Shown one piece after another: positions 47,348 to 58,630 of a stretch of 64,000 bases of DNA. Both the position numbers and the translations under genes were made by a program. Below the pieces are notes generated by a model. That model was given only the letters and a program-made list of their open reading frames with translations, was not told the DNA's origin and ran no database searches. Within the stretch, counting starts at the first letter, position 1. Every line of letters begins with the position of its first letter. This DNA is from Clostridium thermosuccinogenes (GTDB lineage: Bacteria > Bacillota > Clostridia > Acetivibrionales > DSM-5807): positions 209,665 to 273,664 of the forward strand of contig NZ_CP021850.1 in the NCBI RefSeq assembly GCF_002896855.1, given 5' to 3'.

Positions 47348-48370
47348 TTGTTTAAAAATAAGACTCTACTAATTACAGGTGGTACAGGGTCCTTTGGAAA
47401 CGCTGTGATGAAGAGATTTTTAAATACGGATATTAAAGAAATCCGAATTTTTTCTCGTGACGAAAAAAAGCAGGATGACATGAGAAAACATTATAAAAAT
47501 GATAAACTGAAGTTTTATATTGGTGATGTGAGAGATTTGCAATCTATAAAAAATGCTATGCATGGCGTTGACTATATATTTCATGCAGCTGCTCTCAAAC
47601 AGGTTCCGTCCTGTGAGTTCTTTCCGTTGGAAGCCGTAAAGACTAATATTTTAGGAACAGATAATGTACTTACTGCAGCAATAGAATATGGAGTTAAAAA
47701 AGTCATTTGCCTGTCAACTGATAAAGCAGCATACCCGATAAATGCCATGGGTATTTCCAAGGCTATGATGGAAAAAGTATTTGTTGCAAAGTCAAAAACA
47801 GTAGATCCAAATAAAACTCTTATTTGTGGCACCAGATATGGTAATGTAATGGCATCAAGGGGATCTGTGATACCACTTTTTGTTGAGCAGATTAAAAGTG
47901 GACAACCCTTGACAGTAACAAACCCAAATATGACAAGATTTTTGATGAGCCTTGATGAAGCTGTTGAGCTTGTAGTTTTTGCATTTCAGAATGCTGAAGC
48001 CGGAGATATTATGGTACAAAAAGCTCCAGCATCAACCATTGGAGATTTAGCTCAGGCAGTTAAAGAATTATTTAACGCGGATAATGAAATAAAGATAATC
48101 GGAACTCGTCATGGAGAGAAAAGGTACGAGACTCTTCTCACTAAAGAAGAGTACCTGGTAGCTCAGGATATGGGGGGATTTTTCAGAGTTCCTGCCGACA
48201 AAAGAGATCTTAACTATGACAAGTATTTTGTAGAAGGAAATCAGAGGCTTTCTTCCGATGAAGAGTATAACTCTGATAACACTGAAAGGTTAAATGTTGA
48301 ACAGATAAAAGAAAAACTTCTTTCTCTTGATTATATAAAAGAAGAACTAGATAGGTGGAATAGGTCATGA
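47348..48370 (+). CDS. fnlA: UDP-N-acetylglucosamine 4,6-dehydratase/5-epimerase (CapE/FnlA/WbjB)
   Basis: MFKNKTLLITGGTGSFGNAV start and GDVRD/YGNVMASRGS motifs characteristic of CapE. Confidence 0.9.
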   Translation: MFKNKTLLITGGTGSFGNAVMKRFLNTDIKEIRIFSRDEKKQDDMRKHYKNDKLKFYIGDVRDLQSIKNAMHGVDYIFHAAALKQVPSCEFFPLEAVKTNILGTDNVLTAAIEYGVKKVICLSTDKAAYPINAMGISKAMMEKVFVAKSKTVDPNKTLICGTRYGNVMASRGSVIPLFVEQIKSGQPLTVTNPNMTRFLMSLDEAVELVVFAFQNAEAGDIMVQKAPASTIGDLAQAVKELFNADNEIKIIGTRHGEKRYETLLTKEEYLVAQDMGGFFRVPADKRDLNYDKYFVEGNQRLSSDEEYNSDNTERLNVEQIKEKLLSLDYIKEELDRWNRS

Positions 48371-49476
48371 AAATTTTAGTCACCGGTGCCAAGGGGTTCA
48401 TAGGTAAAAATCTTGTTGCTGAACTAAAGAACAGAAAATACATGGATGTATTTGAATATGATAAAGACACGGATCCCAGCTTACTTGATGAATATTGTAA
48501 GAAAGCGGATTTTGTATTTCATCTTGCGGGAGTGAACCGTCCAAAAGAGCAATCGGAGTTTATGGAAGGGAATTTCGGATTTACTTCTATTTTGTTGGAT
48601 ACCCTAAAAAAATACCATAATAACTGCCCAGTGATGATTTCATCTTCAATACAGGCAGAATTGAATAACCCTTATGGTAAGAGCAAGAAAGCTGGAGAGG
48701 ATTTACTCTTTGAATATGGGAAAGAAACAGGAACAAAAGTGCTTGTTTATCGCTTCCCTAATGTATTTGGCAAATGGTGCAGGCCAAATTATAACAGTGC
48801 AGTTGCAACATTTTGCTATAATATTTCTCATAACCTGCCTATCACTATTAATGATCCAAATGTTGTTATGAGATTAGTTTATATAGATGATGTAGTGGAT
48901 GAATTGATTAATGCTTTAAATGGTAAGGAAAATAGAGTCGGTAATTTTTGTGAAGTGCCGATAGTTTACACTATCAAACTAGGGGAAATTGCCGATTTAC
49001 TATATTCATTTAAGAAAAGCCGTGAGGAACGCTCAATTCCGGATATGTCTGATGCGTTTACAAAAAAACTATACAGTACATATTTGAGCTATTTACCTGA
49101 GGACCAGTTCAGCTATGAGCTTAAGATGAATGTGGATAACAGAGGGTCTTTTACGGAGTTTATTAAAACGCCTGAAAGAGGACAGGTATCTGTTAATATA
49201 TCCAAGCCTGGAATAACCAAAGGAAACCACTGGCATCATACAAAAATCGAAAAGTTTCTTGTGGTAAGCGGCAAAGGAGTCATACGCTTTAGAAAAGTAG
49301 ATTCAGATGAGATTATTGAGTATTACGTAAGTGGGGACAAGCTGGAAGTGGTGGACATACCTCCAGGCTATACTCACAACATTGAAAATCTTGGAGATAC
49401 GGATATGGTCACCATAATGTGGGCAAATGAGTGCTTTGATCCTGAGAAGCCGGATACTTGCTATTTGGAGGTTTAG
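48367..49476 (+). CDS. fnlB: UDP-2-acetamido-2,6-dideoxy-L-talose/lyxo-hexulose reductase (CapF/FnlB/WbjC)
   Basis: N-terminal SDR (MKILVTGAKGFIGKNL) plus C-terminal cupin domain; ATGA overlap with fnlA. Confidence 0.85.
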   Translation: MKILVTGAKGFIGKNLVAELKNRKYMDVFEYDKDTDPSLLDEYCKKADFVFHLAGVNRPKEQSEFMEGNFGFTSILLDTLKKYHNNCPVMISSSIQAELNNPYGKSKKAGEDLLFEYGKETGTKVLVYRFPNVFGKWCRPNYNSAVATFCYNISHNLPITINDPNVVMRLVYIDDVVDELINALNGKENRVGNFCEVPIVYTIKLGEIADLLYSFKKSREERSIPDMSDAFTKKLYSTYLSYLPEDQFSYELKMNVDNRGSFTEFIKTPERGQVSVNISKPGITKGNHWHHTKIEKFLVVSGKGVIRFRKVDSDEIIEYYVSGDKLEVVDIPPGYTHNIENLGDTDMVTIMWANECFDPEKPDTCYLEV

Positions 49477-49479
49477 TTG

Positions 49480-50604
49480 ATGAAGAAACTTAAAGTAATG
49501 ACAGTAGTTGGGACAAGACCAGAAATTATAAGATTATCTGCGGTTATAAATAAATTGGAAGAATCAGAAGCAATAGAGCATATCCTGGTTCATACCGGTC
49601 AAAATTATGATTATGAACTAAATGAAGTTTTTTTTAAGGATTTAAAACTAAAAAAGCCGGATTATTTTCTTAATGCTGCTACAGGCACGGCAGTAGAAAC
49701 TATAGGGAATATCCTTATTAAAATAGACCCAATTTTAGAAGAGACAAAGCCAGATGCTTTACTTATACTGGGAGACACTAACAGTTGTTTGTGTGCTATT
49801 GCAGCTAAAAGAAGGCATATACCCATATTTCATATGGAGGCAGGTAATAGATGTTTTGACCAAAGAGTACCGGAGGAAACCAATAGAAAGATTGTAGATC
49901 ATATATCGGATATTAACTTGCCCTATAGTGATATAGCAAGAGAATATCTGCTGAGAGAGGGATTGCCTGCTGATAGAATCATAAAAACCGGCAGCCCAAT
50001 GTTTGAGGTGCTTAATTCCAGAAGAGAAGATATTGAAAAGTCCGATATACTAGAAAGGTTAGAGCTTGAAGAAGGAAAGTACTTTGTAGTTTCTGCCCAC
50101 AGGGAAGAAAATATCAATGATGAGAAGAATTTCTTGGACTTGGTTGATAGTCTGAATGCTGTTGCAGAAAAATATAAGTTACCTTTAATAGTAAGCACAC
50201 ACCCTAGGACAAGAAAAATGATTGAAGCTAAGAGGGTTGAATTTCATCCCTTAATAAGGACAATGAAGCCTTTAGGCTTTATTGATTATGTGAAGTTGCA
50301 AATTAATGCAAAAGCGGTACTTAGTGATAGTGGTACAATAAGTGAGGAATCGTCTATTCTTGGACTTAGGGCGCTTAATATCAGGCAAGCACACGAAAGG
50401 CCAGAAGCGATGGAAGAAGCATCGGTTATGATGGTAGGACTGAAGAAAGAGAGAATACTGCAGGGATTAGCTATGTTAGAAACTCAAAGAAAAGGGGCAT
50501 TGAGGACTGTAGCAGATTACAGTATGCCTAATGTATCAGATAAAGTAGTTAGGATTATATTGTCGTATACTGATTATGTGAATAGAGTAGTGTGGGGTAA
50601 ATAA
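49480..50604 (+). CDS. fnlC: UDP-N-acetylglucosamine 2-epimerase, non-hydrolysing (CapG/FnlC/WbjD)
   Basis: MKKLKVMTVVGTRPEIIRL start and HMEAGNR motif. Confidence 0.9.
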   Translation: MKKLKVMTVVGTRPEIIRLSAVINKLEESEAIEHILVHTGQNYDYELNEVFFKDLKLKKPDYFLNAATGTAVETIGNILIKIDPILEETKPDALLILGDTNSCLCAIAAKRRHIPIFHMEAGNRCFDQRVPEETNRKIVDHISDINLPYSDIAREYLLREGLPADRIIKTGSPMFEVLNSRREDIEKSDILERLELEEGKYFVVSAHREENINDEKNFLDLVDSLNAVAEKYKLPLIVSTHPRTRKMIEAKRVEFHPLIRTMKPLGFIDYVKLQINAKAVLSDSGTISEESSILGLRALNIRQAHERPEAMEEASVMMVGLKKERILQGLAMLETQRKGALRTVADYSMPNVSDKVVRIILSYTDYVNRVVWGK

Positions 50605-50605
50605 G

Positions 50606-51811
50606 ATGAAAGTACTTCAAATTAATACTGTTTGTGGAATTGGAAGTACAGGTAGGATTGTAACAGATATCCATAATACCTTAATTAAGCTAGGATATGA
50701 TAGCTATATCGCATATGGCAGAGGAATAGCTAAAAATTGCAATAATGCAATTAATATTGGATCGAAGTTTGATGTATATAAACATGCTTTGCAAACTAGA
50801 ATATTAGATATTCATGGATTTGGGTCGAGAAAAGTTACTCAAGGTTTTGTAAAAAAAGTTGAAAAACTAAATCCAGATATCATACACTTGCATAATATTC
50901 ACGGGTATTATATAAACATTGAAATATTGTTTGATTGTTTAAAAAAGTTGAATAAACCTGTTATTTGGACATTACACGATTGTTGGGCATTTACAGGACA
51001 TTGTGCATACTTTGATTATGTCGGATGCAATAAATGGAAGACAGGTTGCTATAATTGCCCACAAAAGAGAAGCTATCCATCGAGTATACTGTTTGATAAC
51101 TCTAAAAAGAACTATAATAAAAAGAAAGAGATATTTTCTGGATTAAAAAATATGACAATTGTCACACCTTCTAATTGGCTTGCGGAATTAGTTAGGGTAT
51201 CTTTTTTAGGAGACTATAATATAAAAGTTATAAATAATGGTATAGACGTGGAGATATTTAATCCAACTGAAAGTGAATTTAGAAAAAATTATAATCTTGA
51301 AAATAAGTTTATTATTTTAGGCGTTGCGAATATATGGGATAAAAGAAAAGGCATTAAGTACTTTTTTGAATTATCTAGCAAGTTACAATCAGACGAAGTG
51401 ATTGTTTTAGTTGGCTTAACTAAAAAACAAAAAAAAGAACTTCCAAGTAAAATAATTGGAATATGCAGAACTAATAATGTAAAAGAATTAGCAGAGATTT
51501 ATACAGCAGCAGATGTTTTTGTTAACCCGACTTTAGAAGATAATTTCCCAACAACTAATTTAGAATCATTAGCTTGCGGGACACCAGTAATAACTTTTAG
51601 CACAGGTGGAAGTGTAGAATGTATAGAGCAAGATACTGGTTTTGTAGTGTCAAAAGGGAAAACTGATGAATTATTATGCAAAATTAAAAAGATAAGGGAA
51701 AAAGGAAAAGAGTTTTACTCAAAAAATGCCGTAGTACGTGCTAATAAACTATATAACAAAGAGGATAGATGTAGAGAATACATAGAGTTATACGTTAATA
51801 ATTTACATTAG
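50606..51811 (+). CDS. GT4 family glycosyltransferase
   Basis: GT-B fold with an EX7E-like motif near the C-terminus (NFPTTNLESLACGTPVI). Confidence 0.75.
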   Translation: MKVLQINTVCGIGSTGRIVTDIHNTLIKLGYDSYIAYGRGIAKNCNNAINIGSKFDVYKHALQTRILDIHGFGSRKVTQGFVKKVEKLNPDIIHLHNIHGYYINIEILFDCLKKLNKPVIWTLHDCWAFTGHCAYFDYVGCNKWKTGCYNCPQKRSYPSSILFDNSKKNYNKKKEIFSGLKNMTIVTPSNWLAELVRVSFLGDYNIKVINNGIDVEIFNPTESEFRKNYNLENKFIILGVANIWDKRKGIKYFFELSSKLQSDEVIVLVGLTKKQKKELPSKIIGICRTNNVKELAEIYTAADVFVNPTLEDNFPTTNLESLACGTPVITFSTGGSVECIEQDTGFVVSKGKTDELLCKIKKIREKGKEFYSKNAVVRANKLYNKEDRCREYIELYVNNLH

Positions 51812-51831
51812 TGCAAATGGGGGATATTTAG

Positions 51832-52782
51832 TTGATAAGCGTATGCATGGCTACATACAATGGAGAAAAATTTATTGAAGAGCAGCTGCTATCAATTTTA
51901 AAGCAAACAAGACAACCTGAGGAAGTGGTTATTTGTGATGATAATTCTTCTGATAATACTGCCAAAATAATTGCTCAGTTTATAGAAGATAATGGCTTAC
52001 AGGATAGATGGAAGCTCATAATAAATAAAGAAAATAAAGGATATCCGATGAATTTTTTCTATTGCATTGATAATTGTAAAGGAGATATAGTATTTCTTTC
52101 TGATCAAGATGATGTTTGGAAAATAGATAAAATTGAAAGAATGGAAACAGTTTTGAATGAGAATCCAAATATCCAGTTACTCAGCTGCAACTATGGTGTA
52201 ATAGATGCTGATAATAATAAAATTAATGGTTTAATGACTCCTAAAACCTCAGAAACAATGAAAATTACACCGGTTTATATCCAGGACATTTTACGTTCTT
52301 TTAGGTGGCCAGGAATGACAATGGCAATTAGAAAAAATTACTATAAAAAAATATGTAGTAATTTTAGAAACTTAAGAGCCGCTCATGATATGATTTTTGC
52401 AATTTTTGCTTCTAATGATAACGGGTTTTATTATTATGACTATATTGGTGTATACCATAGGCGTCACAGCAATAATACAGCCAAGGAAGAACACCGCATT
52501 TTTAAATTATTAAATTTAGAAAGAAAATTGTTTGAAGTAGAAAAATATAACAATATACTAGAAGAGATTGTCTGTAAAGAATTTAACTTAAATACAGAGG
52601 TGAATACTGCAATAAAGGAGAGGTTAAAAATATCTAAATTCAGGTATGATATTCTTAAAAAGAGGAAATTTAGTAAATTATTTAGTTTATATATAAAAAA
52701 TATGAATTACTTACGTGTGAAATCGTTTATTTGTGATTTTTGGCTGCTATGCTTTGGTGGTTATGGCAAATATAGTAATTAA
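51832..52782 (+). CDS. GT2 family glycosyltransferase
   Basis: ISVCMATYNGEKF and DDNSSDNT (DxD) GT-A motifs; TTG start. Confidence 0.75.
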   Translation: MISVCMATYNGEKFIEEQLLSILKQTRQPEEVVICDDNSSDNTAKIIAQFIEDNGLQDRWKLIINKENKGYPMNFFYCIDNCKGDIVFLSDQDDVWKIDKIERMETVLNENPNIQLLSCNYGVIDADNNKINGLMTPKTSETMKITPVYIQDILRSFRWPGMTMAIRKNYYKKICSNFRNLRAAHDMIFAIFASNDNGFYYYDYIGVYHRRHSNNTAKEEHRIFKLLNLERKLFEVEKYNNILEEIVCKEFNLNTEVNTAIKERLKISKFRYDILKKRKFSKLFSLYIKNMNYLRVKSFICDFWLLCFGGYGKYSN

Positions 52783-53714
52783 GATGGAAAATAAATTTAA
52801 TAATTACTATTCTTGTATGCATTTAATATTATTGGTGTTGTACATTGACAAGTAAATAATTGTATTAGCAATAAGAGGTAAAACAAAAAATAAGTTAACC
52901 GAGTGTGGCAACTTTTAATTGATACGAACAAATTATTTCCATGAGCGGCAAGCTTATGCTTGAGATAATAATAGGACAAATCAAAGAAAATTAATTATAT
53001 AAATGTGCTAAATTTACCTTATAGTAATGCTTTAAGCAACCTATGGCATTTATGGTCTAAGTTATTATTACCAATGAAAGAATCAAAAAAAGTTTCTAGG
53101 ATCTATTCAGAGCATACCTGTATCGGGATAGAAGCTATGGTTCAAGATTTCTTGGAGAATATAGGTGGAATAATTGGTATGAAGATTACAAGAGAATTAA
53201 CTATTCTCTAAAATATTATCCTAATTTTTATGGAGACATTCCGATTTATATGATAAACTAGCATTTATAATAAGTGCAATGTTAGCTATACCACATATGA
53301 AAGCATATTATAGTTCCAGAGTCATAGGATATTGAAATGAGTTAACAGTATCATTAAAACTCAGTTAGGTTTGATTAGTACTAGGTGGAATCCTAAACAA
53401 CAATAATGCGTTTCAGGTGTAAGGTCTTTATGACCTAAACATTTCCGGAGCTTTTCAAGGTTCCGAACAAGAAATCCTTACAGCTTCAAAATCTGGGAGA
53501 TACTATAAGGTATTTCAGAAATCAATACTTGGTTTCTACTAACAGGTATGTATATACTATGCAGTAAATGAGGTAACTGTCAATATTGTTATTACAAAAT
53601 TAGGGATAGCCATGAAAACATTTACATTTTACTATGCAACTTAAGTTTAATAAATGCAATAATAGACAATGGATAAAGAAAAAACAATGATAGGATATAA
53701 ATCGAGGGGGAAAT

Positions 53715-55055
53715 ATGGAATTACTATTTTGGTTTACCGCGTTTATTTGCTTTTCTCAAGGAATATACAGAATAATATTTAGAAAAGATTACTTTAATAT
53801 TTATACATATTTACTTATTGGAATAAATCTTCCGTTACTTATGTATTTTTTAAAGTGGTCTACCTTAATTGAGGACGGTATAGCGCCGGTTTTCTATTTT
53901 ATCTTTATTATTCTAAATATGCTTGTAATTTTGGCTAATTTAGTCGATAGAAGAACAATTAATGAAAAAGTTATAATTATAAAAGCTAAAAAAAATAAGG
54001 GAGTTTTACTTGCTATTAATATAGTTTACTTTGGACTTACATGTCTGGAAAACTATTTAGGGTCAGGATATATATTCCCAGCATTGCATAATGTAGATAT
54101 ACATACTTATTCAGCCCCTTTTATATCGTATTTTACTAATAGCTTATTTGTTGTTTTACTAGCGAATTTTCTATATTGGTATACAACTAAAAAAAGGATA
54201 TATCTATTTGGGATAGTTTTTTTCATACTACTACTTATGATAGGTAAGTCTTCAAGAATGATAGTTTTAATAAGCTTTATTCAACTTATGTCGTTTGCAT
54301 TCTTTCTATATATTAATGATAAAAAGCTAGGGAGATATGTTAGAAAGAAATTCTTTAAGAACAAAAAACAAAAATATGTTTTTGTAATATTTGGGATATT
54401 ATTAATTCTATTCATGGTGAAATATACGGATTATAGGATGAGTCATTATGGGAAATATGATATTAATTATGCTGATACAATAGGTTATAGTGGGCCTGAG
54501 ACTTTTAAAAATGTGATTTCGGTATATTATGGTTATTTTCCAATGTCACTAAACAACCTCAATATTAATATTAAGTACCGAGATATATATCCAAATTATA
54601 TAGGTTTATATTCTTATAAATGCTTATATTTTGGTATTCTTCGGATTCATAATATATTTGATTTAAATCCGTATCAACCCGAAGTAGGTGGTTTATATGC
54701 ATCTAAAAGTGCAACGGTACCAACAGGTTTTTTTGATTTTTATTATGATTTTGGGTTTTTGTGTATAATACCTATATTTATAGCAATTTTAATATATGTT
54801 TTATTAAAAAGAATAGTGTTAAGAAAAACATCTTCTGTTGGAACTTATGCTATATATTTTTACTGGGTACCATTATGGAGTTTTATGTCGTTTCAAAATA
54901 CTATTTATGGGAGCTTAGTTTTAATTGTTACAATGATCTTATACTTTATTATTAACTACTTATTTAGAATAGAGTATATCAATGCATCCGAGAGCAATAT
55001 TAGTAAAGAAAATAATGATGTAAATTCTAATCATAATAAACATATTACTAATTAG
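53715..55055 (+). CDS. wzy: putative oligosaccharide repeat-unit polymerase (Wzy-like polytopic membrane protein)
   Basis: 446 aa with at least 10 predicted TM helices and a larger periplasmic loop; very AT-rich; no cytoplasmic domain. Confidence 0.6.
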   Translation: MELLFWFTAFICFSQGIYRIIFRKDYFNIYTYLLIGINLPLLMYFLKWSTLIEDGIAPVFYFIFIILNMLVILANLVDRRTINEKVIIIKAKKNKGVLLAINIVYFGLTCLENYLGSGYIFPALHNVDIHTYSAPFISYFTNSLFVVLLANFLYWYTTKKRIYLFGIVFFILLLMIGKSSRMIVLISFIQLMSFAFFLYINDKKLGRYVRKKFFKNKKQKYVFVIFGILLILFMVKYTDYRMSHYGKYDINYADTIGYSGPETFKNVISVYYGYFPMSLNNLNINIKYRDIYPNYIGLYSYKCLYFGILRIHNIFDLNPYQPEVGGLYASKSATVPTGFFDFYYDFGFLCIIPIFIAILIYVLLKRIVLRKTSSVGTYAIYFYWVPLWSFMSFQNTIYGSLVLIVTMILYFIINYLFRIEYINASESNISKENNDVNSNHNKHITN

Positions 55056-55328
55056 TGTTATTGTGCATTGAAAAGGGATAATTGGATTAGTATAGTATGA
55101 CAAAACAAAAGTATAAATTAACCGAGTGCGATAAAGCTCGAACTGACACAAAATATACATTATAATATTTCTGCAGTCAATATTTGGTGCGTGTTACAAA
55201 GTTTCCATATGTTTGTGCAGAAAATGATGTAAGTTATAACATTATATTTACAAAGTTGGGTTTATTGTATAAAGTTTTACATTTCCAGGTATAAATTTAA
55301 TATAGTATCATTTGGAAGGTGAGAAATA

Positions 55329-56174
55329 ATGAATTATAAAATAGCGACTGTAATTGTTACTTATAATCGAAAAAATATGTTATTAAAGAATATTGAATGT
55401 TTATTAAAGCAATCTAGACAGATTAATAAAATATATATAATAGACAACGCAAGTACAGATGGTACGGAAGATTCTATTAAGAAATATTTAGATAATCCAA
55501 TAATTATATATAAAAGATTAACTGAAAATATAGGAGGCTCAGGAGGATTTTATACTGGAATTAAACAAGCATATGAAGATGGATTTGATTATATATGGGG
55601 AATGGATGATGATGCTTTTCCAAAAGTAAATGCTTTACAAGAAATATGTGATATAATAGACACAAGGAAAGAATTAGCATGTTATTGGAGCAATTGTAAC
55701 AATGATAGTGATTTTTGTTCAAATATAAAGGAAGTTACAACATGGATGTTTGTTGGATTTTTTATTCCAAAAGAAATCATAGATAAAGTTGGTTTACCTA
55801 GGAAAGATTTTTTTATATACTATGATGATGATGAATATGCTCGCAGAATAATAAAAAAAGGATACAAAATATATAAAATTAGAGATTCTATAATTAGCCA
55901 TAGCGACTTTGGTCATAGAGAGAATTTTGAAAAAAAAATTCTAGCAAAGCAGATTGTGTTTCCTAAAATGGCTAACTGGAGAATGTATTATTTTATAAGA
56001 AATTCAATATTAATGTATGATTTCTATGATAAGAAAAAATATATACAGTTATTATATGTATTGCCTAAAATATTTATGAAGTTGGTTTTATTAGGAGTAC
56101 CTCAAAAAAAAGTATTTTTTAAAGCATATATTGATGGAGTTAGAGGAAAATCGGGAATAGTAATGAGGCCTTAG
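55329..56174 (+). CDS. GT2 family glycosyltransferase
   Basis: ATVIVTYNRKNML..IIDNASTDGT..DDDA GT-A motifs. Confidence 0.8.
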   Translation: MNYKIATVIVTYNRKNMLLKNIECLLKQSRQINKIYIIDNASTDGTEDSIKKYLDNPIIIYKRLTENIGGSGGFYTGIKQAYEDGFDYIWGMDDDAFPKVNALQEICDIIDTRKELACYWSNCNNDSDFCSNIKEVTTWMFVGFFIPKEIIDKVGLPRKDFFIYYDDDEYARRIIKKGYKIYKIRDSIISHSDFGHRENFEKKILAKQIVFPKMANWRMYYFIRNSILMYDFYDKKKYIQLLYVLPKIFMKLVLLGVPQKKVFFKAYIDGVRGKSGIVMRP

Positions 56175-56421
56175 AACTTAACATATTAAAACTAATGACT
56201 GCATTTTTGGAATTTGTACATATTATATAACTGAATTGTTAAAAGTATAGAATTTATGATTTTTGATATAGATAAGGAAAAAGTAAAAAATAAGGATTAT
56301 TTAACCTTATACTATGAAAATAAGTGTTTATTCTTGGTGCCAAAAATTCTGTTTTGATAAAGTTTCTTTTAATGAATTCTATCTTTATAAATTACCCTTA
56401 TTATATATTGGAGGAGATTCA

Positions 56422-57735
56422 ATGAAAATAGTGTATATAGCCGATAATCGAAACAGAGGTAATTATGGCTGTCGAGCTACAAGTACAGCATTGTCACAAT
56501 TAGTTTCAGAAAAACATGAAATAGTAGGTCGCATAAGTGGTCGCTATACAAATTACGAGACAGGAAGACTTTTTTTTGCAAAATATCTACCATCGTGGGT
56601 TTATGGAAAGCTCGGAAATATACCTAATTGGGAATACATAAAAAAAGTTATTTATATGTGGACAAGATTTAGAGCTAAAGATAAGTATCTGCTGGGTCGA
56701 TATGATTATGTTTCTCAAGATCTTGATAAGTCAATTAGTAATTTAATTAAATGTCTTCCTGCAAATCCTGAGTTAAACGAATTCGATTTAAGACAATATG
56801 ATTTTGATGCTATTGTTGTAAATGGAGAGGGATCATTCATTTTTTCAACACCGCCAAGAAGAGAATCATTGGTAATAGCTATGTTGATACATTGGGCGCA
56901 AAAAATGGGAAAAAAGGTTTTCTTTATGAATGCAATGTTTTCAGATTGTCCATTTAGCGAAAGAAACACTAAAACGATTAATATTGTGGATGAAATATTG
57001 GCAAAAAGTGATTTAGTAGTTGTACGCGAAAATTACTCATATGAATATGTATCAAACTATCTTCCCCATGTACATCCTGTGATAATTCCAGATGCTTTGT
57101 TCTCTTGGTATGATTTGGTCAATGACGAACATCAAGTGTTGAATGGTAAATATTACATGCCACAAAAAAATGAATCAGATGAATTTTATTATTCTTATGA
57201 TTTTATTCAGCCTTATATTTGTATCTCAGGAACTTCAGCACGAATTAACTATAGTGATATTAATGAACTGATACAGTCATTTTGCATGTTGACTTTAAAG
57301 GTAAAAAATGAATTTAATTTAAAAGTGTATTTAGTTCAAGCTTGTGAAGGCGATGATTTTCTATACGATGTAGGGAAAATTACAAATACTCCGGTTATTC
57401 CATTAGAAACACCAATTATTGCCGCAGCTAAAATATTAGCAAATGCTAGATTGCTTATTTCAGGAAGATATCACCCTAGTATCATGGCTTCATTAGGTGG
57501 AACACCTTGTATATTTATGAAGTCAAACTCGCATAAAACATTAAGTTTACAGCAACTGTTGGAGTACGATAAAATTTATGAATATGAATCAACACCGGAT
57601 GAAAATGAATGTAATGAAATAATAGTACATGCTCGTTCTATGTATGATTCTGGGGAAGCTTTAAGAAATAAGATAAAAAATCGATGCAAAGCACTGAGCA
57701 TCGAAGCACGAAAAATGATTGATCTCATTAATTGA
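56422..57735 (+). CDS. polysaccharide pyruvyl transferase family protein
   Basis: start set at MKIVYIADNRNRGNYGCRATS after a GGAGGAG SD; size and motif pattern fit the CsaB/WcaK-type pyruvyl transferase family. Confidence 0.6.
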   Translation: MKIVYIADNRNRGNYGCRATSTALSQLVSEKHEIVGRISGRYTNYETGRLFFAKYLPSWVYGKLGNIPNWEYIKKVIYMWTRFRAKDKYLLGRYDYVSQDLDKSISNLIKCLPANPELNEFDLRQYDFDAIVVNGEGSFIFSTPPRRESLVIAMLIHWAQKMGKKVFFMNAMFSDCPFSERNTKTINIVDEILAKSDLVVVRENYSYEYVSNYLPHVHPVIIPDALFSWYDLVNDEHQVLNGKYYMPQKNESDEFYYSYDFIQPYICISGTSARINYSDINELIQSFCMLTLKVKNEFNLKVYLVQACEGDDFLYDVGKITNTPVIPLETPIIAAAKILANARLLISGRYHPSIMASLGGTPCIFMKSNSHKTLSLQQLLEYDKIYEYESTPDENECNEIIVHARSMYDSGEALRNKIKNRCKALSIEARKMIDLIN

Positions 57736-58630
57736 ACTGTAACATATAATTAAAGTATTAAGAAAAACACAATAGCAGATAAGTGCTGTACTTATATCCA
57801 ATTGTGCTACAATATCAATAAGACTGCTAAGGCTCAGAAAAGAATTTGGAAAAAGTTACGGGAGCTAAAAGATGAACTGCTTGAAGGAAAGCGAGTTCCT
57901 GAACATGAGCTTCTCTAGATAAAGCACTTTGGGAAAAGACCATATCGGTTTGAACACACAGGTGTCAGTCAGAAAAAATGTAGTTAAAAAGCTAAGTGTT
58001 ATTAATGTTTCTTGTATTAATCAAAAATGAAACAATGGGCTCCATTACCAACTTATATTGCATCATAGCAATGATGTATTGGAGAAAGCTTTTGCTAATC
58101 TTGAGGAACTGCCAATCTATGCTGATCAATGGCTTCATTGGAACAGAACCGTGATGTAAAACTGTCTGTGAAGTTTATTGCATTAATCTGTATTTCATAC
58201 ATTATGAAGCAGATGTAGAATTTATTTAGGTTTACACACTCCAAGGTGCCCTAGATGAGCTTGACGTTGTTGAATGCGTTAAGAATCTGGGTCAGGAACT
58301 ACGTGCTGGTGGTGAGCTTCTTTGTAAATTAAAAGGATTTACATATGGCTCGGAGTGAAGCAGCCAGTATTGTTATGACTGTGCGAGAATTCGAGATTCA
58401 ACCTGCTAAATACAAATATTTACAGCTTAAGTATTGAGCCATGTAATAGGTATCATAGTAACAGAACTTTAAATACAGAAGTCTAATATTATACAAAAGA
58501 ACTTGAATAAATTATGCACACATGCATTACGATTAGTTTTAAAAACTATATTACAAGTATAAAAGGATGCAAAGTTAAAAATCAAGATTCTTGCAGTACT
58601 AATGATTTAAAATGGACAAACAAGTTATAG

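Noticed and set aside
53005-53211. 68-aa ORF in the GT2-wzy gap
   Set aside because: It has no RBS and no recognisable domain, and sits in AT-rich DNA where random ORFs are frequent. It may be relic sequence but cannot be supported as a gene.
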